From positions 3,402-67,401 of the forward strand of contig JAQGDQ010001053.1 of NCBI GenBank assembly GCA_030141605.1: 64,000 bases of DNA, read 5' to 3'. This stretch comes from Tubiluchus corallicola. Lineage: Eukaryota > Animalia > Priapulida. A program made the position numbers and the translations under genes. A model generated the notes under the pieces. It ran no database searches. It was given only the letters and a program-made list of their open reading frames with translations, and was not told the origin of the DNA. Shown here piece by piece: positions 13,961-26,211 of this stretch; positions within the stretch are counted from its first letter, which is position 1, and each line of letters starts with the position of its first letter.

Positions 13961-14024
13961 TCCTTCCTTATTAAACCTCTTTTGCTTGCATAAATCACCT
14001 ACTACACCTCGTTGTTTCCTTCAG

Positions 14025-14217
14025 TGGAACTTGTATGATAACGGACGTAGATGTAGCTTCAATACGGACTGCAAAAGTGCTTGCTGCGTGAGAAGGGAGG
14101 GTATTTATACGTGTCAACCAATGGCTAAGGAAAGAGAGCCTTGCAGCACGGCACCTCTAAAAGGAGGGAGATATCACGAGTATTGTCCGTGTGAGGAGGA
14201 CACCGGAAATAGACCAG
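14025..14217 (+). CDS. Exon 2: colipase/prokineticin/astakine-like Cys-rich domain
   Basis: ttccttcag|TGG phase 0, donor CCA G|GTAAA. C-x5-C-x3-CC-x8-C-x9-C-x13-CPC (CSFNTDCKSACC...CQPMAKEREPCS...GGRYHEYCPCE). Confidence 0.85.
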
Positions 14218-15218
14218 GTAAACATTATAATTGCTTGATTTTTCCCGTCATTTGTGATTCTGTACTGAAAGAATCCTGTATTTTTACAGCTAATCTCAAT
14301 GATGGTAAAATACAAATTTCCACACTTTTGTGAATTTAGATCTTGGGAGCTTTTTGCATTCGATTTCAAGGTCAAATTTTAATAAGTTTACATAGTGACA
14401 TTATAAACATTTACATTTACTGTAGATTTCGCCTACATAATAACCCTAATAATCCCGCAAATGTACATTTCAGTTGCGTAATAACGCAAAGATTAATGAC
14501 GGAAACGTTTCAAAAATAAGTTAAAACAATTGAGATACTTTATGTCAAGAAAAATCAGCGCAATAATCTTCCATATAAGTGGGTTAACTTGACTATTTAC
14601 AGCACAGGCAAAGAGCAAACATGTGACTACCAGGTAACAGCCTGAAAGCGTGTCTTGAAGATAAAAGGTTTACATTGCTGCCACAGATGGCGCCACATAC
14701 AAAAATATTATAAGCAAAGTTAAAAAATGCAGCTAAGTTTGAGTGAGCGGCAATACGAGACTTGCTGAGTACTAATTAGCCAGCATAATCCCAAAACAAC
14801 TTCTTCCCAACCAGCTCTAAGCCTTTCAGTGAGTTCCAGGGACAAATTAGCACAAGAGCATCCATCAATAATGAGCTTCATCAGCTTCCAGGGAAAGTGA
14901 GTAAAATTGTCTTTCCCTTTCCCCACACTGCTGAAATATATAGATTCACCTTGTAAAATATTTGTGTGTAAAAATCAATTTCTTATGTCTTGTGTCTCAT
15001 ACGCGTGGCTTCTAGCTGTGAGCCCAAGTCCACTGTCAACTCCAAAACAAAGAAACTTTTACCTACAATAAGTGTAAGATTATTATACTCTTTCAACTTT
15101 TTTCATGTCTCAAGTGCAGAAAAAGAGGTGGGCGACCAGATTCCGAGATAAAATGTCGTCGTTCACATGGCCGTAAACGTCCTAAAAAATCAAAACGTCA
15201 TTTTTCCAATTTAACTAA

Positions 15219-15652
15219 AAAAACTACCTAGTGTATAGCAAAGTTTTATGCAAATAAAGTTAGTTTACATTATGTAACAGTTTACCTGTATTACACACAG
15301 TCTGGACAATGACACGTGTTCCCTTCTTTTACAGATTACAATGGCAGCAAGATCCTCCAGTGTATTGAGTGGGACAGTGATATTATACTGAGGAGTTATT
15401 TCATCAAAAGCTTGATATTTTACTACCTCTTACTTGTGAAAAAACTACCTAGTGTATAGCAAAGTTTTATGCAAATAAAGTTAGTTTACATTATGTAACA
15501 GTTTACCTGTATTACACACAGTCTGGACAATGACACGTGTTCCCTTCTTTTACAGACTACAATGGCAGCAAGATCCTACAGCGTATTGACTGGGACAGTG
15601 ATATTATACTGATGAGTTATTTCATCCAAAGCTTGATATTTTACTACCTGTT
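15219..15652 (+). repeat. ~221-bp tandem duplication containing a candidate terminal exon of the colipase-like gene
   Basis: Two copies of aaaactacctagtgtatagc...ttttacag|AT TAC AAT GGC. Copy 1 reads DYNGSKILQCIEW; in copy 2 the Cys is replaced by Arg. Confidence 0.75.
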
Positions 15653-17186
15653 ACAAAGTTTTAAGCTAAAATTGCAAAGTTATCTTAATACTGAATTTAC
15701 TTTTAAATATGTAATTATGTAAAACTGTTTTCGTCATTTGTATAATAGGATCTTTCTAACGATTCTTTAGAGAAACATGAGCTACACATAGATCAGTAAT
15801 GTATACATTAAGTAATTACATGATAACTGTTGTATTACTAACCTGCGTTAGTGTTTGTTATATCTCCTGCAAAAATTTAACTTAATTTTAATAAAGATTT
15901 GCATATTACTGTCAGTTTACAACCTACAGCTCAGTCGAGACATTTTCTTTAAGTATTTCTTGCCACATCTACAGATCCCATCTCATACGCTGATGGTTTA
16001 TAATGAAAAGGTGTAGTGAATGTTCAAATGATGTTTAGAGAAAGAAGCATTTGAGATGGCTTTGCCTGTTAGACATCTTGTTTACAGGAAGTCATGATGG
16101 TAATTGAAAGCCATATTTTGCCAACTGAAAACAAAAATAACGTGTTATGGGTGTCAGAAGAAGAGATCAGAGTTCATGAAAAACACGTGATAATTATAGA
16201 TAACTAGAAACAGTAATTTCAGTTTATTTACTTCACTTCAATGGCACATCATAGTAGCATACATTTTACATACACGTACATCATGATATAATGTTAAGCT
16301 GTTTTAACATATAAATTTTAACACTTATAGGTATAATGATTTGAATTTATATTAGTCTATGACACTGTAGCAGTTTAAGAAACATATTATAGTTTTGTAA
16401 GAACTGCTGAATGTAAAATAGAAACGAGGAGGTAAATCTATTTACAAGGGTAAATACAGAGATAGAAATAAGTAAAAAATATTTTGGCTAAAATAAGAAA
16501 AGAACAGATGTAAGAATTACAGTTACTATGACAGCATCGACATGCAAGCATGTGTGGCAATGAGCTCAATATTGATAAATATTAATTACCAATTAGTATC
16601 AAAATAAGCTGGCTAGCACGTCCTGTTATGGCTGATGGTAATTAAACTTAAAACTAAATTTAATAAATAATAATGCAATTGTTTTACAGATCATGATAGG
16701 GCAAATGGAAGAAAATCTGTGACATATTGTAATATTGTAAGAGTTGAAGACTGAGATTTGTTGTTTAAATATTTTTTATAACAGAAGAGCTAAATTATAA
16801 CTGACTTGTCCAAATTATTCCACATAAGTGACCCCATGAACTCTTTCATAGTGGTTACAAAAAGCCTAGCAATAATCAAACTATAGAGCTTTTGCCATAT
16901 GAATAAAGGATGCATTGACCTCTGCACTGGAGAATCGCCTCCTCTTTTTGTTATTCTGAACTAAATGCACCCTGTTTTTAGAAAACACATTGCTAGTAGA
17001 CAATTATTCTTAAAGCCTACTTAGGGCAAAAAGTTGTAACCAGTTTCAATTTTCCACTACAATACGTGTGTTGTTATAGGATTATATTTTTATAATTGTT
17101 TTAATCTCAAAGTAAACAAATCACCTATTTTTGCTCCTTTAATTTAGCTAATAAATAATATACAGATAGGTAACATTCAAAGGTAA

Positions 17187-17370
17187 TTAGCTAACATTTG
17201 CATATAAATGAACTGAAGTAGGTTTAGCACGTGGAGATAGATCTGGTTCTTCATAAACCGCTGACGTGTCAGCTGCACTGCTGCCACCTGTTGGACGTGA
17301 AATAAAACTGTAACTGTTGTTGCTTGAAGGCTGATCCTGTATGACATAATAACCATTCTCTTCTTGGAAT
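17187..17370 (-). CDS. Lectin-CUB receptor A, terminal cytoplasmic exon with Tyr motifs
   Basis: tttttcgtag|A phase 2. FQEENGYYVIQDQPSSNNSYSFI...AVYEEPDL...HLYANVS*. Confidence 0.75.
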
Positions 17371-17399
17371 CTACGAAAAATAAGAGTAGCTTCATCAGT

Positions 17400-17826
17400 G
17401 ACAACAATATGATAACAACAAAACAATAAAAGCAACATCAACGACAATGACAATGTTGACAACAAGAACAAGAACAACAACACCTATAACTACTACTACG
17501 ACTGCAGCTACTACTACTACTGCTACTACTGCTGCCACTACTACTACGACGACGACAACGACGACGACGACGACGACGACAACTACGACTGCTACTACTA
17601 CGACGACAACAAAAACCAGATGACAGCAATAATAACAATGACGATGACGCCAACAACAAGAACAACAATGATGATGATGACAACACCGCCACCAACAAAA
17701 ACTACTACTACTACTACTACAATGACGATGACGATGACAACTACGACTGCTACTACTATGACAACGGCAACGACAACAATGACCAGAACGACAGCAACAA
17801 CAATGACAGCAATAATAACAACAACA
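17400..17826. repeat. Compound trinucleotide microsatellite (ACA/CTA/CGA/TGA)
   Basis: Visible low-complexity runs in an intron. Confidence 0.95.
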
Positions 17827-18314
17827 GAAATAAGACGGCTATTTCTTAAACGTTGCAAACAATTGTTGAGGGCATAACTTATAAAAATTTCAAGCTCGAC
17901 CTGTTACTTGAAGGTACAGTATTACTATACTTTCTTAAACATAACACATTTCTGATCACAATTTTCTGTTTTGAATTCAAGTAATAATAAGTTTTACTGT
18001 GATTGCCTAACGTGACGTTTGATTTGATCATACTGTTTATTTCAGGTTAATTGGATGAATCGGTAGAAGAAATCAAAATTTATTTGTGAACTCAAAGTTT
18101 TGTAATTTTATTTTATTAACAGAAATAAAGACTTGGACACCATCAAGATTTTACGGAATTTCGCTATTCACTGCAACACTCTTAGTTCAAGTTGATTCTC
18201 GGAACGATACGAGAACTTTGTTCACACTACCCAATTCCTTTGTTGAATGCCGTACAAAAATCTCTAAAAACTTGACCAAAATTTTCACGTCTGCTTGGAC
18301 AAATAAAAACTTAC

Positions 18315-18351
18315 CTTTGCTGAACGTGACCTGCATTGTTTGATAACACGT
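18315..18351 (-). CDS. Receptor A, small juxtamembrane exon (phase 1-2)
   Basis: tattccag|AC...CAA AG|GTAAG, 37 nt. Bridges the phase-1 TM exon to the phase-2 tail exon. Confidence 0.7.
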
Positions 18352-18423
18352 CTGGAATAGAAATAACAATTATATTTTAAATTACGTAAAATATTATGAT
18401 ATTAAATTCCGTAAATGGCATTG

Positions 18424-19000
18424 CAGGGGCGTATTCAGATTCTAAAGTTAGGGGGAGCAAGCACATAAAGAAGCCGCCACGGCATATACCAAACAATTTT
18501 TAATGCACCGATTATAAATTTTATTTTTGTGTATAAAATCAAAACACGAGAAAGATACAGTTTTCAATGAAGTACTTAATTGTTATTTTATATTTAAAAT
18601 TAAAATACAATTATAAGTTTACAGTAAACTCATCAATGTAATAAAATCTTGTGTTATTTAATTATTTTGGTCTTAAATGTATAATTGAAATAAAACGAAA
18701 CAATGTGAAAAAATGGATCATAAATGTACTGCAACAGTCTACTTTAGCAAAGAAATCTATAATTTCATTACTCCACTACAGTATCAATTCTCTTTCAATG
18801 AAGAGCATCTCCCAGACATTCTTTTCTCTCCTATTACAGAACGAGGGAAGCCCTTTATCTGTTTAACCGACTAAAAGATCGTTCAGCAACTGCACAAGTG
18901 AAATGAAGAATTAAAGAATAGTTAAAAAGGCGCCAATTTGAAGAAAAACGTTCTAGGCAAGCGGTTGCTCTCCTTGCTTCCCCACTAGCTACGCCAGAGT
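18424..19000. mobile_element. hAT-like MITE (degenerate TIRs)
   Basis: CAGGGGCGTA...ggggggagcaagc at the left end and gcttcccccactagcTACGCCAG at the right end. A similar left end occurs at 9685. Confidence 0.5.
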
Positions 19001-19068
19001 ACAACCTCTGCAATTAAGTTTGGGGAAATCGCAAGAAATACAAGAAATATCATTTTCGCTCTACTTAC

Positions 19069-19182
19069 TTTTAAAGCAACAGAGTTTCATTCTGTAAACA
19101 ACAGCAATTACAATAGAGAAAACAACTGATGATAGAAAGGCACCAATCAGCACACCTAAAGTCATTGATACAGCTACTGACA
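19069..19182 (-). CDS. Receptor A, transmembrane exon
   Basis: ttttccag|TG...AAA A|GTAAG, 114 nt. [38 protein letters not shown]. Confidence 0.85.
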
Positions 19183-19231
19183 CTGGAAAAAAGTTCACGT
19201 ATTGGAATGTTATAATTATATATATATATAT

Positions 19232-19471
19232 GATAGATAGAAGAATGGATGGATGGATGGGTGGATGGATGGATGGGTGGATGGATGGATGGATGGATGG
19301 ATGGGTGGATGGATGGATGGATGGATGGATGGATGGATGGATGGATGGATGGATGGATGGATGGATGGATGGGTGGATGGATGGATGGACGGATGGACGG
19401 ACAGACAGACAGCTAGATAGATAGATAGATAGATACATACATAGATGTATAGATAGATAGATAGATAGATA
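19232..19471. repeat. (GGAT)n/(GATA)n microsatellite
   Basis: Tetranucleotide runs. Confidence 0.95.
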
Positions 19472-19619
19472 ACCCGCAACACAATTGTTATTATTCACTC
19501 CTACTTTTGACTGCAACTTCTCCTTTTGACAGGGGCATCGTGCACCCAAAAAAAGGCTTTTGATGTGTGCCGAGTTAGAAAATTTGTGTAACCATTATCA
19601 GGGCCACATTATCTTATAG

Positions 19620-20264
19620 CAGTGGTTCCCAAAGTAGGGATAAATTACCCCCCGGGGTAATATGTTTTTTTTTGGGGGGGGGAATGGCACCCCTCTGAAA
19701 ATTTTTAAAACTTCGCTCGGAATGCATTTTAAGTAGTTTTCTTCTTGAAGAGACTGCCTCCGGCAGGCAACACTGTGTCATGGGGTCCATCATTCGCACG
19801 TTCCCATGATCTCTGGTGCGATCCCGGGGAGAAGTCAAAGTTCACAATTGTTTCTTTGGTTTCTTCTCTATGGACATTTCTGCACAGAGTTTAGAGTTTA
19901 GAGAAAGCTAGGCCCCGGATTGAGAAACTGGCGTCCGAAAAACAGGCTCATCCGTCCCACTAACTGAGATTTTGTTGTTGTCATTCATTTCTTCTTGTTT
20001 TCGTTTGTTCGAGTAATAATTACTCGAACGAACCTGCTCACTCAGTAATGAGCAGGTTCAGTAATTGTAATTCTTGTTTTGGCAACAATACAACAACAAC
20101 ACCTGGAAATTTATTTATGTCACGAGCAAACATAAATAATTTTGCTTGCTTGTGGCATATACGTGTGTTTACTTTTTGAGTTGAAGTAGTACTAGGTGGG
20201 GGGTAATGGACACGACCGGGTTTCCCGATTTGGGTAGCGGTCCGAGAAAGTTTGGGAACCACTG
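19620..20264. mobile_element. Non-autonomous hAT (Charlie-like) DNA transposon
   Basis: TIRs CAGTGGTTCCCAAA / TTTGGGAACCACTG, flanked by a perfect 8-bp TSD TCTTATAG. Confidence 0.92.
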
Positions 20265-20867
20265 TCTTATAGGTTAGTATAGACTGCAGCCTAGGCATGC
20301 TCCAGTTTTGGTAACATGCATTGAAATATGTTTTCCACTACGGTCCTGTTAAAATATGTGCTAATTTGGTTTGAGATAACCAACAGTAAAATACTGGTAT
20401 TTCTTAAATAATATTTTTAATGACAAACAAAATATAACTATTCTATTTTTTAAAGAATTTGCAATAAGTTTACTTCTAAGTATCAAATGCCGCTAAAAAT
20501 GTTCAAAAGAGGTGAGGGCGTATTAAAGGCTACCTCCGTCTCAAGGGGGGGGGGGGAATATTTTCAATAGCGTAGCAGCCGAAAAAAGGTCAACCCAGCA
20601 CTGGCCATAATCAAGATTTTCTGTCTTTATCTGTTGGATAATTCCATCTTTACGAAGCCAATATCCATATAAAATAGCAGAAACAAAATCATGGATAATG
20701 GGGCAGAGTATGAATGATAATTAGTAACAGTAAAATGATGACAGTATCAGATGTTATATTGCTGGTTAGTAACATAGCTTATTGCCTCTATTGTATTTGT
20801 GATTTTAACACCCTAAAATTATTATCAGTATAGATTTTCGTTTAGACATACTTAACATTAGTCTTAC

Positions 20868-20996
20868 TTTGTTCGTCAACTGTTTCTGTTGTTTGATCAG
20901 CAGTTGTAGTATCTGTTGAAGATTCATGACTTTCAGATTCAGTAGTTGCTTGTGTCGTTTCAGTCACTTCTTTTGTAGTTTCCAGAGCAGGAGTCA
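20868..20996 (-). CDS. Receptor A, Ser/Thr/Glu-rich mucin-like stalk exon
   Basis: gcatcag|TG...CAA A|GTAAG, 129 nt. TPALETTKEVTETTQATTESESHESSTDTTTADQTTETVDEQ. Confidence 0.8.
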
Positions 20997-21598
20997 CTGA
21001 TGCAAACATGTGGAAAAAACAAAAAGAATGACTTTATTAAGATGAAAAATACACAGTGAAATAAAAGAAAGTATAGACACTTTTTCACCAAAGTTGCAAG
21101 TTGGAGTAACATATAATGTAAATGTAACTTACTGCAAAGTGTGGCGGAACTGGAATCTGTACCACCAACTGTGATAATCCTCTAACGTAAGACTTTGGTT
21201 GGCAGGGGTTTTTAGATTAATCTCAGATACATAGACAAAGTATTCTCTCTTGGCAAGGTAGATACTCACTGGTAAAGAGGTAGGCAACGTCCACAACAAG
21301 TTTTTATTGAACCCTTTGATGACCCATTATTTCACCAACAAGACTTGATGCTGCTTAACTTTGCTTGCTAAACAAATCCTTTCAGCAACCTGCTGCATTT
21401 CAGAATGTGATTTCTAATATCACTGATGCCAATAAAAGTGCGTGCTATATAAAATACTCAATTTTAAAAGCCAAATCATTTTCTAGCCTCGGTCACAGAC
21501 TTTTCTACATTCTTAGATTTCTTAGAACAGTGCCAACTGTGGGTCAATGACAGAGAAAACTTTGACAGAAGATGAAAAAGTCAGTTTCAAGTTTCTTA

Positions 21599-21720
21599 CC
21601 TTCATAGTGGTTGAAAAGTTCTCCATCTCAAACATGAGAAAGACCAGGATTATTAGACTACCATAAACTTAAAGGAAGAAGACTATTTGAAGAAACACCT
21701 TTTTATAATGAATTTTATCC
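21599..21720 (-). pseudogene. Degenerate duplicate of the 3' end of the CUB exon
   Basis: tttcttaccttcatagtggttgaaaag parallels tttcttaccttgatagtgaatgaaaa at 21851. Confidence 0.5.
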
Positions 21721-21858
21721 AAAAAAGGAAGTATGAACAAATTATTATTCTTAGAATCTATATCGTCAGACATATTGGCCAAAAATTCTACGATTAACAG
21801 CAAGTGTATGACAAAAAAATCTGGAATAAAACTACAAAATGAGTTTCAAATTTCTTAC

Positions 21859-22254
21859 CTTGATAGTGAATGAAAAATCCTCGACCTTCATTTACACTTG
21901 CAAAAGAACCAGAATTTTCTGTTACAATAAACTCAACTGTGAAAGTATCACCTCCATCAAAGGAATATCCATCCAAGGTTTTATTATCACAGAATTTCTG
22001 AGTGTTATTATTTATCTGTAGGTATGAATTAGGGCAGTTTGCATTGTCATTGTTTTGAAGTTCGAAATGATAGGCAGTCAATATCCCATTGGTAACATCG
22101 CTCTCTCTCATGGTAAGCCACCACAAACAGTTATATTCACCCGTTGGATATGAACTAGGATAGTTTGTACTCTGTAGATAACCTGAAGTGTGACTTAGAT
22201 TCATGTGATGGTTTTCCACTTCTCCAACTGCAGCGCAGCGACTGATTTCATCTT
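21859..22254 (-). CDS. Receptor A, CUB-domain exon
   Basis: tcacag|AA...CAA G|GTAAG, 396 nt. C...SGYLQSTNYPSSYP...NCLWW...FEL...C.NSYLQI...KFC...GRGFFIHY is a CUB consensus. Confidence 0.92.
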
Positions 22255-22895
22255 CTGTGAAAATTGTGAGAAAAACTGTTTTGTTAACATATTAATACAT
22301 ATAATTGTATTTATTTTACCAGATTTTTCGAGGATTGTCTCTTTACCAAGAAAAAAAATTCAAATTTATTATTAATCAATCTAAGAATAAATATGAAAAT
22401 AAATATTGTCACGCATGCGTATGAAACAGATTCTACTTGCAAATGCCTTGACGTTTTTACTGTAATAAAAAACTTTTTATAATATAGAAAAGCACCTGTA
22501 AACCTGAATATAGAAAACAATATATGATTAAGTTTAATTGACTGAAATACTAGATTTATATTTATATTTTAAATATAGATTTAGTAGACATTTTGTATCA
22601 GTATCAAAGGTCAAACGTATCTAAGCTGGGTGCTAGTGCTTAGTGTTCTTTTATAAAGCAATGAGTCAAATCTGTAGTGATTCGTAACTTTCTTAACACT
22701 GTGCAAAATAAACAATATGTGAATCAATTACTGTGATTAAAATTTTCTTAGAAGCAAATGTGCACAGGTGTTTCATGGCTGTGCAAGTAATTTTACGTTT
22801 GTCTAAAAACCTCCATTTTTAACAATAATGTGCTTATTTATCTACAAATTAATTCTCATTTATGAATATTTTTATAGTCTGTGATCATTTTTAAT

Positions 22896-23106
22896 NNNNN
22901 NNNNNNNNNNNNNNNNNNNNNNNNNNNNNNNNNNNNNNNNNNNNNNNNNNNNNNNNNNNNNNNNNNNNNNNNNNNNNNNNNNNNNNNNNNNNNNNNNNNN
23001 NNNNNNNNNNNNNNNNNNNNNNNNNNNNNNNNNNNNNNNNNNNNNNNNNNNNNNNNNNNNNNNNNNNNNNNNNNNNNNNNNNNNNNNNNNNNNNNNNNNN
23101 NNNNNN
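22896..23106. other. Assembly gap (211 N)
   Basis: Run of n. Confidence 1.
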
Positions 23107-23249
23107 TTTTTGCGATATTTAGCTTAAGAAAATTTGTCAAATGATATATATCACAATAAATGTTATATCAATTTTGCAAAAACCTGAACAAACGAAAAAG
23201 ATTTCTTGAAATTTCTATTAAGTAAAAAATAAAATGCATTCAGACTAAC

Positions 23250-23597
23250 CTGGTATACAAGCATATCTAACGTAGACCAGTTTAAGCTCATTTACCCACG
23301 GTGGATTGTAAATACATGAGTAAGCAGTCCACCAGTTTGGAAGATTGTACATTTGAATATTACAGTTTTGACGACCTGAACACCAACGGTTGAGTTCTGA
23401 TGTAAATTCTAATAAACATTCATCATCACTGGAACTCATGTTACAAGGATTGTCAGCTAAACTGTTGTTGATATTTGGAACTCCATGGAGAGCCTCTTTC
23501 AGCAGGATTTCACTGTTATTTGCACAAGTCAGGTTGATAGATCTTGGGTCACCAAAAATATGCGTTACGCTACAAATAAAATACGTCTCTGCAAAAT
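23250..23597 (-). CDS. Receptor A, SUEL/rhamnose-binding (Gal_Lectin)-like exon
   Basis: ttgcag|AT...CCA G|GTTAG, 348 nt. LTC...I...A.HG...C...C...L.RWCSGRQNCNI...C...LVYVRYAC matches the SUEL Cys pattern. Confidence 0.8.
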
Positions 23598-24227
23598 CTG
23601 CAATAGAAAAACTATAACTATGAAATTTTATAACTGTATATTCAGTTTTTTTGCAATATTGCAACGCCGACGGGTCCTGGCCACCAGTGATGATTGTTGA
23701 GTGGCCAGCCCACCAGGTCAGTTGGTCAAAACGACCCTACTATCATTACTCTCATGCAGACAAATGTTTTCTCCTACAGTTTGTGGCAACAAAGTCATTC
23801 ATAATTACGCAGGACTCACAAATCCGTAAAATTTCATTTTTAGGACTTTCCAATAAACATGTGTAAGTCAAGTTTCCTACGATCTCTCTACTCATACAGA
23901 AAAGCTAAAACCTAGAATGATGAATAATAAAACTAATCATAGTGGACCCATCTATTGGCAGCAAAACTACTTAACCAACATTATTCAGCGGTTGCATTAG
24001 ACCTTGATTAGGATGTCAGTTCAACGCAGTCTTGGTAGTTGCCTTTCCTTAGTCTTTATTTGATTTTATCTAATTATACAATGTAATCATCTTTTAGGTC
24101 GTTGTAAACCAATAAAATTTAATTGTTTTTGTCAATTCCTGTTCAAAAAATATTTACAAATTACTAACATATATATTGCTTTTAATCTTTGTTGTACAAA
24201 CATTATAATTTTGAAATTTTACTTTAC

Positions 24228-24384
24228 TTGTTCATTTAGTCATCTAAACTGTTGTTGATATTTGAAACTCCATATAGAGCCTCTTTGAGCAGTTCTTCAT
24301 TATTACTAGGACAACTCAGGTTGATAGATCTTGAGTCACCAAAAATATGCGTTACATTACAAACAAAATACGACTCTGTGAAGT
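24228..24384 (-). pseudogene. Truncated duplicate of the lectin exon
   Basis: DFTESYFVCNVTHIFGDSRSINLSC...NINNSLDD*, ending in an in-frame TAA. The 3' half is absent. Confidence 0.8.
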
Positions 24385-24873
24385 CTAGAAAGAAAGTGCG
24401 TTACTAAGAAACTGTTAGTATTTACATTGAACTTACAGGCAAAAGTTAAACCAATTTTTGCAAATTGTATAATAGTGCCCATCGATTTGATCAATTATGT
24501 GTAGAATAATCAATCATGCCCATGTAGTGCCTTGTGGAGCTTTGGCAACATTTACAGCCAATCTTAATTAGGCAACTACATTAAATTTATGTAGATTGAG
24601 CTTAAACCTCCCAAAAGAACGAGGCACGATGTTTTATTTATTATTTTAGTGCCTCCACCATTACTGAAGTGCAACTTTTTTCTTTGTGGGTAGAACAACC
24701 ACTTAGACGTCTTAATTGATCATTTAGGTTGATCATTTACTTAAAAGACATGAGTTTTTGGCTTTTTATTGACCACAGACATTAACTTACAAGGATAATT
24801 TTTCTTCTTCTGTTCGGCTGTTTGTGCTTGAGACACAGCTGTCTTTCACTAAACTTATTAGTTCATACCTTGT

Positions 24874-25414
24874 AAATCTACTTATGTCCATGAAAGAAAC
24901 AACTGTAAAAGCTATTACTGTTAACTTGAACATAATGTACTTGTTACTAGTTCGTTGCTTGGAATCCAGCAAATCTAACTATGTCCATGAAAGAAACAAC
25001 CAAAAAGACTATTACTGCTAACTTGAACATAATGTCCTTGTTACTAGTTCGTTGCTTGGAATCCAGCAAATCTAACTATGTCCATGAAAGAAACAACCAA
25101 AAAGACTATTACTGCTAACTTGAACATAATGTGATTGTTACTAGTTCGTTGCTTGGTATCCAGCAAATCTAACTATGTCCATGAAAGAAACAACCAAAAA
25201 GACTATTACTGCTAACTTGAACATAATGTCCTTGTTACTAGTTCGTTGCTTGGAATCCAGCAAATCTAACTATGTCCATGAAAGAAACAACCAAAAAGAC
25301 TATTACTGCTAACTTGAACATAATGTCCTTGTTACTAGTTCGTTGCTTGGTATCCAGCAAATCTAACTATGTCCATGAAAGAAACGACTGTAAAAACCTA
25401 TTACTGCTAACTTG
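24874..25414. repeat. 97-bp minisatellite, about 5.5 copies
   Basis: aaatctaactatgtccatgaaag recurs at 24971, 25068, 25165, 25262 and 25359. Confidence 0.93.
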
Positions 25415-25495
25415 TAGACACGCCATCGTCATCAGCTTCTGTCGCCAACTGACTTCGATCAAATATAGAAATGGGCTTGGCATCCTGGACTTTCC

Positions 25496-25858
25496 CCTCC
25501 ATGTTCTTGGATCAGCCACTAGACTCAAAAAACGCTGCTGTTATACTTACTGGAAACCCTCCATGCTCTTGGATCAGCCACCAGACTCAGAAACGCTGCT
25601 GTTATACTTACTGGAAACCTTCCATGCTCTTGGATCAGCCACCAGACTCAAAAGCGCTGCTGTTATGCTTACTGGAAACCCTCCATGCTCTTGGATCAGC
25701 CACCAGACTCAGAAACGCTGCTGTTATACTTACTGGAAACCTTCCATGCTCTTGGATCAGCCACCAGACTCAAAAGCGCTGCTGTTATACTTACTGGAAA
25801 CCTTCCATGCTCTTGGATCAGCCACCAGACTCAAAAAGCTGCTGTTATACTTACTGAA
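25496..25858. repeat. 60/61-bp minisatellite, about 6 copies
   Basis: ctccatgctcttggatcagccaccagactcaaaa..gctgctgttatacttactggaaac unit. Confidence 0.95.
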
Positions 25859-26211
25859 AATGCAGTTTTGTCTGCAACTGAAAATATTGCCAATGCGTAC
25901 TGGAGTTTAGTAAATTCTTCTGAATCTAACTTACCAAGACCAAGTCCTATTTCAATTAATTGCTCCATATTCATACTAGAAATCTCATTTAGTGTATACT
26001 GCAATGGCACTTGTTCTGATGCATCTGGTAGTTTGAAAATTACATGGTACTCACACACTGAAAGCTAATTAATTTTATTTTATTTACAGAAATTTTTAAC
26101 AATTTTTCCCCCAGACACTTTTATTAACTTAGGTTTTTTTGATGATTCAGTACACAATGCATTAAAACTCTGCATGCTGTCAGTTAACTAATAGCTCCTT
26201 GAATACTGAAG

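Noticed and set aside
13584-13998. ER-rich and SL-rich ORFs (also 45641-46097 and 19216-19482)
   Set aside because: CT/GA/GGAT microsatellite artefacts.
17438-17877. Poly-Val/Thr/Arg ORFs that look like TM or mucin segments
   Set aside because: Translation of trinucleotide microsatellites in an intron.
22856-23144. ORFs spanning the N run
   Set aside because: Assembly-gap artefacts.
24791-24868. Possible first exon of receptor A
   Set aside because: It has a donor, but no signal peptide and no open phase-1 frame from an ATG.
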